Source: Gammaproteobacteria bacterium
GTDB taxonomy: Bacteria; Pseudomonadota; Gammaproteobacteria; Eutrophobiales; Eutrophobiaceae
NCBI GenBank assembly: GCA_965248145.1
Contig: OZ252091.1
Location: forward strand, 3,047,222-3,111,221
Direction: 5' to 3'
Length of the DNA: 64,000 nt
Part shown: piece by piece, positions 53,066 to 61,814 of the stretch
How positions within the stretch are numbered: position 1 is the stretch's first letter
How the letters are laid out: each line of letters begins with the position of its first letter
The notes under the pieces: generated by a model
Seen by the model: the letters and a program-made list of their open reading frames with translations, nothing else
Databases searched by the model: none
Told to the model about the DNA's origin: nothing
Translations under genes and position numbers: made by a program

Positions 53066-54634
53066 TTACAACTTCTCGAGTAATTGTCTGGCCTTTTCTA
53101 TTTGTCTGGTATCTCCCTCGGACAAGACCTCATTCAGGATGCTACGGACCTGGTCCTTATCATCAAGCTCAAGATAGGCTTCGGCAAGTTCAAGTTTATT
53201 GTCCACCTTGTCATCCTCTTCGGGGTCTTCATCTTCCGGCAGGCCGGGAGCCAATGCTTCAGGACTATCGGCGCCGTCATCCATATCTATTTCCAGGTCC
53301 GGCATCTCTTCCGTCATTTCAGTATCGACTTGATCAAAATCAACCTCATCCAAAAAGTCCGACTCATCAGCGACGGCTTCATCCGAAAAATCCGGATCCT
53401 CAGCATCATCGGGTTTTTTCCGGACAAGCAGCAGGACGCCGACAATCACCAGCGCGAGGATACCCGCAAGCACCCCGGCAGCAATCTTCAGATTATCCCT
53501 GACCGCGGCAACCGCCCGGTTAAAGACTTCAGCCGCCTGGTCAAAGATTAATTTTCCCCGCGCAATCAGGTCGGGGCCAGGCTTGGCCGGCGTCGTTATC
53601 GATTCTGACTGCAGCGCAGCCAATTCATCGTCCTTCAGTTCAACCAACCGTCTGAGATCCTCGATGATGGCTTCCGCTTCGGATAACTTGTTCTCAAGTT
53701 CCGTATTTTCCTGCGACAACATTTCAACCTGTTCAGTTGCCAACACCAGGGCTTCCTCATCAACGGAGTCTTCCGGTTCGGCGCCCGGCGTCCCGCCACC
53801 GTCTTCTCCATCTTCAACGGCTGCGACCAACCGGAGTTCAGCATCCGCCCCAGTCGTGGTTGAACCGGGTTGCACCGGCACATCGCCGATAAAACGGCCG
53901 CCGGCCTCCAACCAGAGTTCGTTATGGATCAGCACCTCGGCAAATGCCTCCGGCACCGCAAGCGCCTGTAATTCGACGCTATCCGGCATCCGCAGGATTT
54001 CATCTTTTTTCAGGTGGTTTATATTATTGTCGATAAAAGCATCCGGGTTTGCTCTCAGCAAGGCCAACATCATTTGTTGCACTGACACGGAAGAATCAGG
54101 GCGATACCGGCCGGCAATAGACCATAAGGTCTCCGCTTCGGCAACGGGACCATAATCGCCTCTCGCGACGAGTGCCGATCCAACCTCCTGCACATCATTA
54201 TCAACGGCAGGAACGAATTCCGGAGTGCTGCGAACAGGTTTTTCGACAGTACCTGAAGGGTCCAGTTGCACGGTGTATTCCCTGAACAATCGACCTTTGG
54301 ACCACGCCGCCTCCAATAGAAAGCGTACATGAGATGCCTGGAGCGCCTCATTGCTATAGATGCGGATATGACCCGCATCGCCAGCGTCGCGCACAAGTTC
54401 GATTTGCAGGTTTTCCAGGGCCGGCGACCAATCTATGCCGGCCCAGCGATAACTGTCAATCTCCGCCAGACCGACCTGCAGTTCATCAAGTTCGTCAGTC
54501 GATGCGGCAAGTAATTGAATTTCCGCTTCCAACGGCTGACCTGAATCTGACTTGAGGTTTATATTGCCGAGACCCAGGGCATACACCGAGGCAGGTATTA
54601 CCAGGAATATCAGGCTGATGAACATTGTTCGCAT
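53066..54634 (-). CDS. fimV: FimV-like peptidoglycan-binding (LysM) protein with an acidic linker, a TM helix and a C-terminal FimV motif
   Basis: ALGLGNINLKSDSGQPLEAEIQL is the N-terminus, YGPVAEAETLWSIAGRY is the LysM region, and LELAEAYLELDDKDQVRSILNEVL is the C-terminal motif. Confidence 0.85.
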   Translation of the reverse strand: MRTMFISLIFLVIPASVYALGLGNINLKSDSGQPLEAEIQLLAASTDELDELQVGLAEIDSYRWAGIDWSPALENLQIELVRDAGDAGHIRIYSNEALQASHVRFLLEAAWSKGRLFREYTVQLDPSGTVEKPVRSTPEFVPAVDNDVQEVGSALVARGDYGPVAEAETLWSIAGRYRPDSSVSVQQMMLALLRANPDAFIDNNINHLKKDEILRMPDSVELQALAVPEAFAEVLIHNELWLEAGGRFIGDVPVQPGSTTTGADAELRLVAAVEDGEDGGGTPGAEPEDSVDEEALVLATEQVEMLSQENTELENKLSEAEAIIEDLRRLVELKDDELAALQSESITTPAKPGPDLIARGKLIFDQAAEVFNRAVAAVRDNLKIAAGVLAGILALVIVGVLLLVRKKPDDAEDPDFSDEAVADESDFLDEVDFDQVDTEMTEEMPDLEIDMDDGADSPEALAPGLPEDEDPEEDDKVDNKLELAEAYLELDDKDQVRSILNEVLSEGDTRQIEKARQLLEKL

Positions 54635-54725
54635 GGTTAGTTTCCAGTTTCAGGTTTTTGGTTTCCAGCGGTCATTTATACTACTCCCATCTTTTTCTAA
54701 CAACTAAAATCTGACCACTAAAAAC
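54635..54725 (-). promoter_or_regulatory. Conserved leader/promoter element (family D) abutting the fimV start; second copy abuts the asd start
   Basis: The minus strand reads agtttttagtggtcagattttag...aaaagatgggagt..tataaatga..ctggaaaccaaaaacctgaaactggaaactaaccATG. Compare tagtttttagtagtcagtttttagaaaagatggaagt..tatataaaca ctggaaaccaaaaaccagaaaccagataATG at 56001-56076. Confidence 0.5.
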
Positions 54726-54744
54726 TATTACATATACTGTTTTA

Positions 54745-54980
54745 AGGAACCTCTGATTAAGTCAGAGGTTCCAACGATACAGTGATGTATCGTCAAAATC
54801 AATGACAGTAGGTCATTGATTTTGTGAGGATAATAAAAACGTGTCCCGTACCCCGTATCAAAGCCTGCCCCGTACTTGATACGGGGTACGGGGCAGGCTT
54901 TGATACGGGATCGCATTTTTGTTTTCCGTACTCCGACAAGTCCTGAGCCTGTCCCGTACTAGATACGGGAATGGACTTGT
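54745..54980 (+). repeat. Structured intergenic element, family A, long copy with an extended perfect palindrome
   Basis: cccgtatcaaagcctgccccgtacttgatacggggtacggggcaggctttgatacggg, with flanking hairpins shared with 1221-1416. Confidence 0.8.
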
Positions 54981-56000
54981 TCAGAGTTTCCTTAACAGGA
55001 TTTCCGCAATTTGGACACTGTTTAATGCGGCGCCTTTCCTTATGTTGTCGGATACCACCCAAAAATTAATGCCTCTTGGATGAGACATATCTTCCCGAAT
55101 CCGGCCGACAAAGACCGGATCCCGTCCTGATGCCTCCGTCACCGCAGTAGGATACCCGCCGTCTTCGCGCTCATCCATAACAACAATGCCGGGGAAATTA
55201 CCCAGTAACTCTCTCACCTGAGTAGCGGATATCTTCTCTTTCGTTTCAACGTGTACGGCCTCGGAATGCCCATAAAAAACCGGCACGCGAGCACAGGTCG
55301 GATTCACCAGGATCGATGGATCGCCCAGGATCTTTTGCGTCTCCCAGACCATTTTCATCTCTTCCCTGGTATAACCATTCTCCTGAAAAACATCGACCTG
55401 GGGCAGGACGTTAAATGCTATCTGCCTGGGGTGAACCGTCGGTGAAGCGGGTTTGCCGTTGAACAGGGCGATGGTTTGCTGCTCCAGCTCTTCTATTGCC
55501 GTTTTCCCTTTCCCGGATACCGCCTGATAAGTGGCAACATTGACGCGTTCAATGCCGGCGGCATCGTAAATGGGTTTCAGCGCCATCACCATCTGTATGG
55601 TAGAACAATTCGGGTTCGCTATAATGCCCCGCTTGGAATGCTGCTCCAGGGCAGCGGGATTCACCTCAGGCACCACCAGGGGAATGTCGTCTTCATAACG
55701 AAACTGTGAGGTATTATCGATGACAATCGCCCCTTTCGCCACGGCCTGCGGCGCGTAGACAGCAGAAACGGAAGCCCCCGGTGAAAATAAACCAATATCG
55801 ATGTTGGAAAAATCGAATGAAGCCAGATCTTCGACTACCAGTTCATCATCATCAAACTCGATTCGCTTCCCCGCCGAACGGTTGCTGGCGACGGCATGCA
55901 CCGTATTATACGGAAAATCCCGCTCCGCCAGGATCGACAATATGGTCCCGCCGACCTCTCCGGTCGCGCCGACAACTGCGATGTTGACTCTGTTGTTCAT
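54981..56000 (-). CDS. asd: Aspartate-semialdehyde dehydrogenase
   Basis: IAVVGATGEVG, and NPNCSTIQMVMAL with the active-site Cys. Confidence 0.94.
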   Translation of the reverse strand: MNNRVNIAVVGATGEVGGTILSILAERDFPYNTVHAVASNRSAGKRIEFDDDELVVEDLASFDFSNIDIGLFSPGASVSAVYAPQAVAKGAIVIDNTSQFRYEDDIPLVVPEVNPAALEQHSKRGIIANPNCSTIQMVMALKPIYDAAGIERVNVATYQAVSGKGKTAIEELEQQTIALFNGKPASPTVHPRQIAFNVLPQVDVFQENGYTREEMKMVWETQKILGDPSILVNPTCARVPVFYGHSEAVHVETKEKISATQVRELLGNFPGIVVMDEREDGGYPTAVTEASGRDPVFVGRIREDMSHPRGINFWVVSDNIRKGAALNSVQIAEILLRKL

Positions 56001-56076
56001 TATCTGGTTTCTGGTTTTTGGTTTCCAGTGTTTATATATAAGACTTCCATCTTTTCTAAAAACTGACTACTAAAAA
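56001..56076 (-). promoter_or_regulatory. Family D leader/promoter element upstream of asd
   Basis: See 54635-54725. Confidence 0.5.
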
Positions 56077-57159
56077 CTAACCACAAATTGCGCTGACTAC
56101 CGCGTCGCCCATCTCCGTCGTGGATACTTTTTTAGTGCCTTGTGTATATATATCCGCAGTCCTGAAGCCCTGGGCCAATACGGATTTCACCGCGTCTTCG
56201 ACCCTGTCCGCCTGTTCGGGCAGGGCCAGGGAGTAACGCAGCATCATCGCGGTGGACAATATCATTGCGAGGGGATTGGCTATCCCCCGGCCGGCGATAT
56301 CCGGCGCGGAGCCATGGATAGGCTCATACATCCCCTTGCCGTGCTCGTCCAGCGAGGCGGAAGGCAACATGCCGATCGAACCACTGAGCATGGAGGCAAG
56401 ATCAGACAAAATATCACCGAACATGTTGGTGGTGACGATAACGTCAAATTGTTTCGGCGCACGCACCAGTTGCATGGCGGCATTGTCCACGTACAAATGC
56501 TGGAGCTCGACTTCCGGGTATTCGCCAGCCACGTCGACCATGATTTCACGCCAGAGTTGGGTCGCTTCCAGCACGTTCTCCTTGTCAACGGAACAAAGAC
56601 GTTTATCGCGCCGCATGGCTACGGCAAAAGCCACGTGAGCAATACGGCGAATTTCGGACTCCGTGTAGCGCAGAGTATTGACGCCTTCCCGTTCCCCGGA
56701 TTGCGTGGTACCCACTCCCCTGGGCTCACCAAAATAGATACCACCGGTCAATTCGCGTACGATTAAGATATCCAGGCCACTGACCAGTTCCGCCTTCAGT
56801 GACGAGGCATCCACCAGTTGCGGGTAGGTAATCGCCGGTCTCAGGTTGGCAAACAGAGAGAGTTCCGACCGCAAGGGCAACAAGGCACCGCGCTCCGGCC
56901 GTAGTGCGCGTTCCAGTGAATCCCACTTCGGCCCGCCAACCGCTCCGAACAACACGGCATCACTCGCCAATGCCATCTGCAGCGTTTGCTCCGGCAGCGG
57001 GGCGCCGCATTCATCATAAGCCGCGCCACCCACCAGTGCCTGCTCGATAGTAATATCCAGACCATACTCCCGAACCAGTGCAGCCAGGACCTTCTCTGCC
57101 TCCGCCATAATTTCCGGGCCAATCCCGTCACCCGCCAATACCAGAACATTATTACTCAT
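56077..57159 (-). CDS. leuB: 3-isopropylmalate dehydrogenase
   Basis: [19 protein letters not shown] and [14 protein letters not shown]. Confidence 0.95.
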   Translation of the reverse strand: MSNNVLVLAGDGIGPEIMAEAEKVLAALVREYGLDITIEQALVGGAAYDECGAPLPEQTLQMALASDAVLFGAVGGPKWDSLERALRPERGALLPLRSELSLFANLRPAITYPQLVDASSLKAELVSGLDILIVRELTGGIYFGEPRGVGTTQSGEREGVNTLRYTESEIRRIAHVAFAVAMRRDKRLCSVDKENVLEATQLWREIMVDVAGEYPEVELQHLYVDNAAMQLVRAPKQFDVIVTTNMFGDILSDLASMLSGSIGMLPSASLDEHGKGMYEPIHGSAPDIAGRGIANPLAMILSTAMMLRYSLALPEQADRVEDAVKSVLAQGFRTADIYTQGTKKVSTTEMGDAVVSAICG

Positions 57160-57217
57160 ACTGAAACCTTCCCATTATTACGAATTTCTCTGCCGTGTAA
57201 AACGTCGAATTATACCA

Positions 57218-57261
57218 CTAGCCCGTATATCTCACCAATGGATGCGATGATGGCGCCGGAT
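57218..57261 (-). promoter_or_regulatory. Family F motif 59 nt upstream of the leuB start, immediately followed on the minus strand by tggtataat (extended -10)
   Basis: The minus strand reads atccggcgccatcatcgcatccattggtgagatatacgggctag tggtataat tcgacg. Confidence 0.5.
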
Positions 57262-57389
57262 AATCAAGAGACGGTTTTATTTTCTTTCTTGGTAAATAAG
57301 CGGAATTTATCCGATAATTCCAGCCAAACGGGCTGGAAGAAGATTGGTAAACTACCGAAATTCATCGATAACACAGGAGTTATGAGCTA

Positions 57390-58211
57390 ATGAGTAATAT
57401 TGAAGACATTATTAATGAGGGATTCGAGCAACGTAATAACATCGCGACCTACGTCGCGGGTGAAGTACTCAGAAAAGCCGTAAATGAAGCAATAGCAGGG
57501 TTGGACCGCGGCGATTTGCGGGTTGCGGAAAAAAAAGACGGTGAATGGGTCGTCAATCAATGGTTGAAAAAAGCCGTACTCCTGTCTTTTGCATTAAACG
57601 ATAACCACGTCATTGAGGGTGGCTTCACTAATTATTACGACAAGGTGAAACCCAAGTTTGAAAGCTATAATAAAAACGATTTTACCGATACGGGCGCGCG
57701 GGTGGTGCCGCCCGCTATGGCTCGTTACGGCAGTTTCGTAGCGGACAACGTTGTCCTTATGCCCAGCTACGTCAATATCGGCGCTTACGTGGACTCAGGC
57801 ACAATGGTGGATACCTGGGCCACGGTGGGTTCTTGCGCCCAGGTAGGCAAAAACGTACATCTTTCCGGAGGCGTCGGCTTAGGGGGAGTGCTGGAACCGT
57901 TGCAGGCCAACCCGACCATCATAGAAGACCATTGTTTTATCGGGGCGCGTTCCGAGATCGTTGAGGGTGTTATAGTCGAAGAAGGATCCGTGATTTCAAT
58001 GGGTGTGTATATCGGTCAAAGCACCCGGATTTACAACCGGGAAACCGATGAAATCACTTACGGCAGGGTGCCGCCCGGCTCTGTCGTAGTATCCGGCAAC
58101 CTGCCCTCAAACGACGGTAAATACAGCCTGTACTGCGCGGTCATTGTTAAACAGGTTGATGAAAAAACCCGGAGCAAAGTCAGCCTGAACGAGTTGTTGA
58201 GAGACCTTTAA
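57390..58211 (+). CDS. dapD: 2,3,4,5-tetrahydropyridine-2,6-dicarboxylate N-succinyltransferase
   Basis: 273 aa with hexapeptide repeats ([40 protein letters not shown]). Confidence 0.92.
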   Translation: MSNIEDIINEGFEQRNNIATYVAGEVLRKAVNEAIAGLDRGDLRVAEKKDGEWVVNQWLKKAVLLSFALNDNHVIEGGFTNYYDKVKPKFESYNKNDFTDTGARVVPPAMARYGSFVADNVVLMPSYVNIGAYVDSGTMVDTWATVGSCAQVGKNVHLSGGVGLGGVLEPLQANPTIIEDHCFIGARSEIVEGVIVEEGSVISMGVYIGQSTRIYNRETDEITYGRVPPGSVVVSGNLPSNDGKYSLYCAVIVKQVDEKTRSKVSLNELLRDL

Positions 58212-58217
58212 GCCATA

Positions 58218-58384
58218 GAAAAGGGAACAGATTTATTTTTCATACTGCCAAAGCCCCCGCTGCCACTCCCACGAAAGTGGGAGTCCAGTAAACAAACCAT
58301 CGCGTTAGCGATACATTATTACGACCAGAAAAGGGGACAGATTTATTTTCCCGTTATCCTGAAAAATAAATCTGTCCCCTTTTC
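58218..58384. repeat. REP cluster downstream of dapD: family B units (58218-58241 and the inverted pair 58328-58384) and a family E-like hairpin (58265-58293)
   Basis: aaaagggaacagatttattttt; actcccacgaaagtgggagtccagtaaac; gaaaaggggacagatttattttc...gaaaaataaatctgtccccttttc. Confidence 0.8.
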
Positions 58385-58458
58385 TGCTTGTATTAAGTCT
58401 TAATCGTCATTATACTTGACGTCTTCTTACAGACCGTTATTCAGTCGTTTGAAGTTCT

Positions 58459-58815
58459 GGGGGCGTACCTGGTTTCGACGAGGGTACCAAATCCCAAGGG
58501 GCATGCCGAGGCGCAGATTACCTCGTAAATACAGCTGCAAACTTTTTAGTTGCCGAAGAAGACAACTACGCTCTAGCTGCATAAAGCCGGCTAGCCTTTG
58601 ACTGATATGTGCTTGTACTTTCAACTCAGAGGTCATATATACAAGCTCGCGATGAAATCTGTCCGGGGTGGATTCGCTAAAACTTAACGGACTCGTTATC
58701 TGCCTTCCCCCGCCGGTTTGGGTAGCAGGTGACTAAATTTAAAGAATCGGCTAAGCATGTAGAACCGAAGGCAGAGGGCTCGCGGACGCCGGTTCGACTC
58801 CGGCCGCCTCCACCA
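58459..58815 (+). ncRNA. ssrA: tmRNA (SsrA); predicted tag AEEDNYALAA
   Basis: The 5' end gggggcgtacctggtttcgacg pairs with the 3' end ...ggttcgactccggccgcctccacca, giving G3-U70 and a T-arm. The tag reading frame is gcc gaa gaa gac aac tac gct cta gct gca taa. Confidence 0.93.
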
Positions 58816-58910
58816 TTTACCCCTGTTTTACCTGACCTCCTCTAAGCTTTGGGTGGGCCAATTTACGCTGATGAGGTCACGGGTTAAACCTGGCCACCAC
58901 CCGACCTCAG

Positions 58911-59243
58911 TCAAACTGCTGCATTAGTCAGTGAATGGAGTTTTTTTAATGTATCGGGATACTGGCGAACCATCATGATCAATGCAGCCGCCTGCGTATT
59001 CGGTTTGGCGCGTCCCTGTTCCCAGTTTTCCAGTGTGCGTGTTGATACACGCAGATGACGGGCAAACACCGCCCGTGACACATGTAGTTGCTCACGTATA
59101 TCCCGGATGAGATCGGCATTTATTTCCAGAGGTGGTAAATCCTCTACGGTATGGGTTCGCAACGTGATCTTACCTTCGCGATGATCACGCATGGCTTCAA
59201 CACCTTGCAACAGTTCATCAATCAGTTTGCGCTTGTTACTCAT
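58911..59243 (-). CDS. higA: HTH antitoxin (HigA/XRE type)
   Basis: IRDIREQLHVSRAVFARHLRVSTRTLENWEQGRAKPNTQAAALIMMV. It overlaps the upstream toxin gene by 4 nt. Confidence 0.8.
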   Translation of the reverse strand: MSNKRKLIDELLQGVEAMRDHREGKITLRTHTVEDLPPLEINADLIRDIREQLHVSRAVFARHLRVSTRTLENWEQGRAKPNTQAAALIMMVRQYPDTLKKLHSLTNAAV

Positions 59244-59588
59244 TGCTCTAACCTCCTGGCGGCCAATTCTGTCTGTATCGCCCGTTTCAGTATGCGTTTT
59301 TCCTCAACCGTTAAATCGGTCGTTTCATCTTTACCGTAAATAGTGACAAACCAGATCTGGTGATCGGAAGTCAGATGGTAATAAATGATCCTTAAGTCCA
59401 CCACGCTTACCTTTACCTCGTACGGAATCCCGCCAGCGTAGTTTCCGAAATCCACCTGTACCAGGCATGAGTTTCCCTCGCGTTGGGTCCTCCATCAGAG
59501 CAAGCTGCAAATCCTGGTAACTCTGGTCATTCATATAATCGGGCAGTAGCCGGGTAAACGAAGGGGCTTCAAAGAACACCAGATTCAT
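59240..59588 (-). pseudogene. higB: RelE/HigB-family toxin gene with a +1 frameshift
   Basis: Two overlapping ORFs are present. One reads MNLVFFEAPSFTRLL...LRWRDSVRGKGKRGGL. The other reads RIIYYHLTSDHQIWFVTIYGKDETTDLTVEEKRILKRA. They join into one typical toxin if one A of cttaagg (about 59393-59399) is removed. Confidence 0.8.
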
Positions 59589-59833
59589 CAGACTAATTAT
59601 ACGCAAACTGCGTATATTGTCAAGTGTTACCTAAAGTCGTAATTTGCTCATCCGCCCGCCGGCAAGGCCGTGATTCCCCGTTCTCAAAAACGAACGTTTT
59701 CGAGAAGATTTCCACAAGGCGCTAAAAATCCCGGAAACAAGCCTTTTTTCATTCTCAAAACTTATTCTTGATTGCATTTTCTCGATTTGCTACTCTTTGA
59801 CGGGTTTCGATAACTTTCAGAATCCGGTAAAAA

Positions 59834-60090
59834 ATGCAAATCGGCTATGTCCGGGTATCCACCCAGGACCAGGACCTGCGCTTGCAGTATGAAGCGCTTC
59901 GCCAGGCCCAGTGCGACAAAATATATGAAGACAAGGCCAGCGGCGCCAATGCCTCACGGGACGGCCTGAAGCTCGCGCTGGATATCCTGCGAGAAAACGA
60001 TACCCTGGTCGTGTAGAAACTCGATCGCTTGGGGCGCAGTGTGAAAGACCTGGTGAACATCGTCTGTGACCTGGAGCTGCGCGGTGCACA
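59834..60090 (+). pseudogene. Serine recombinase (resolvase/invertase) 5' fragment with an in-frame TAG
   Basis: MQIGYVRVSTQDQDLRLQ...ENDTLVV*KLDRLGRSVKDLVNIVCDLELRG. The conserved W codon is TAG (60014-60016), and similarity ends near 60090. Confidence 0.85.
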
Positions 60091-60091
60091 G

Positions 60092-60213
60092 CCCCGGCTG
60101 ATATAGAGGGACTTTACATGCTTGAGAAACGCCCAGTCAGTAGTGCCCTCACCGACTAACAGGATGGTATGGCGGGCAGCGCGCTTTACTCGGGAAGGCA
60201 TACGCCAACCCAT
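60092..60213 (-). pseudogene. 5' fragment (~40 codons) of a Toprim/RloB/DUF4435-like gene, partner of the upstream ATPase
   Basis: MGWRMPSRVKRAARHTILLVGEGTTDWAFLKHVKSLYI. The LLVGEGxTD motif is typical of OLD-type Toprim starts. Its ATG overlaps the ATPase stop (TAATG). The rest of the ORF is antisense to the recombinase relic. Confidence 0.55.
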
Positions 60214-61409
60214 TAAAAGTTTGGAACAGCGCCGTAGGCGCCAGCACGGTACTTGGCATACAAATTGTCATCCCGCCGAATACCCTTCATATCACCCAGT
60301 TGCCATGCCTCGCTGAAACCATCGGGGGCTTTCTCGATGAGCAGGACCTGATCCTTCTGCAGATCATTGAGAACCTCATGCGCATGGCAAGTAAAGATAA
60401 TCTGTGCATTGTGAGGATTGCGTTCACTGTCCATGAACAGATTAAGCATCGCATTAATCATGTCCGGGTGTAGATTTGCTTCCATCTCATCGATGATGGC
60501 GATGCCGCCATGCTCCAGCGCCGGCAAAATCTTCTCCAGCAATATATATGTGGCCTGTGTACCATTGGATTCATCCAAGAACAATAGCTTTTTCTCCTCC
60601 CTGCCCTTGCGGTGGACACCAATGGCAAAATTGACCTCTTTGTTCTTGCTTGTTTCATTTTCTACAAACTTATGGGATTCAATGACGACTTTGACCAAAC
60701 CCAAATCCAGATGGCTCAGAATATCGGACATCTGCGCGCGTAGTGCTGGCCGGTCATGAAAGAAATTCGTGGCATCGAACACATTGCCGGTCTCGAAATG
60801 AACCCGACCGTTATAGTTCATATTGGAATGAAACCGCTTAAAATAACTGGCCAGTTCCAGTGCGTATGGCACGTTGTACTGGGCTGCTGTTGCGATCAAC
60901 GATGCGTTCGGTCGGACTTTTTCAGCTTCACGTGCTGCAAATCCAAAATTCTGCTGACGGATGTTATAAGCTGAAACCGACTCAGACCAGTCACGCCGGA
61001 AAATAAAGCTGAAGAACTTGCTGGTCTTGAGATGCAAGGATTCATGTACCACCCGCGCCTGGTTGATAATCAGCGAATAACGGTACTGTCGGCCCTTGTC
61101 CTCGAAATCAATCTCGAACTCGCTATCTGTCATGTCAGAGAAAATGTGGGGCTGAACCAGGATTTTGTCCTCCGGCGTGCTAGTAATAAACGAATGCGCA
61201 ACAAACCATTTCAGAAATGGCAATGGCTTCAATGCATTGGTTTTACCCGAGGCATTGTGACCGATGGCCACCAGTACTTTCGACAGACGTGTGCCGCCCG
61301 GACTCTCGAACACCAGATCCGAGGCAGGAACCTGGCGATTGAGCACAAAGGAAACTTCCGTTTCCTCAGCAAACGAAAAAAAGTTTTTGAACCGGTAATT
61401 ATGGATCAT
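60213..61409 (-). CDS. ABC/OLD-type AAA ATPase (AAA_15/21-like), ATPase half of a two-gene ATPase plus Toprim module
   Basis: IHNYRFKNFFSF is the N-terminus. The Walker A is GHNASGKTNALKPL and the Walker B/D-loop is IAIIDEMEANLHP. Confidence 0.75.
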   Translation of the reverse strand: MIHNYRFKNFFSFAEETEVSFVLNRQVPASDLVFESPGGTRLSKVLVAIGHNASGKTNALKPLPFLKWFVAHSFITSTPEDKILVQPHIFSDMTDSEFEIDFEDKGRQYRYSLIINQARVVHESLHLKTSKFFSFIFRRDWSESVSAYNIRQQNFGFAAREAEKVRPNASLIATAAQYNVPYALELASYFKRFHSNMNYNGRVHFETGNVFDATNFFHDRPALRAQMSDILSHLDLGLVKVVIESHKFVENETSKNKEVNFAIGVHRKGREEKKLLFLDESNGTQATYILLEKILPALEHGGIAIIDEMEANLHPDMINAMLNLFMDSERNPHNAQIIFTCHAHEVLNDLQKDQVLLIEKAPDGFSEAWQLGDMKGIRRDDNLYAKYRAGAYGAVPNF

Positions 61410-61594
61410 GATCGCACCTAATTTGGATACTATAAGACAAAAATAACAAAATTATGTTAATTATATCTTAATATCATATAATATCAAACCTTATTTTCGG
61501 TTTTTCACCAAATTATTGATAGGCTTGGCGGCTAAGAACGGGCCTGCCGAAGCAGGAGGCCTGAATGCCAACCGTGCTACGAGTTCTGGGAAAC

Positions 61595-61701
61595 GAGTTC
61601 TGGGGACAAAGTACTTAATTCTGGAATACTGTCAATTCTGAAAAAGAAAAAATCGGGGCCAAAACAACGGTAGGATAATTAAGTATTGTGTCCCCAGAAT
61701 T
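61595..61701. repeat. MITE-like element: ~24-bp imperfect inverted repeats 57 bp apart
   Basis: gagttctggggacaaagtacttaatt ... aattaagtattgtgtccccagaatt. Confidence 0.5.
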
Positions 61702-61814
61702 TCCGATAGAACTATCTAGTCCTAGGTTGTTGATTGGCATGTGGTTTTGGCGCCAATTCGCATCGTATACTATTGAATAGCTTGATTACAGGGTGGTCAA
61801 TTGCAATCGCCAAT

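Noticed and set aside
53583-54155. The 190-aa ORF antisense to fimV.
   Set aside because: It is a Ser/Ala-rich low-complexity translation, the mirror of the acidic coiled-coil region of FimV, with no start context.
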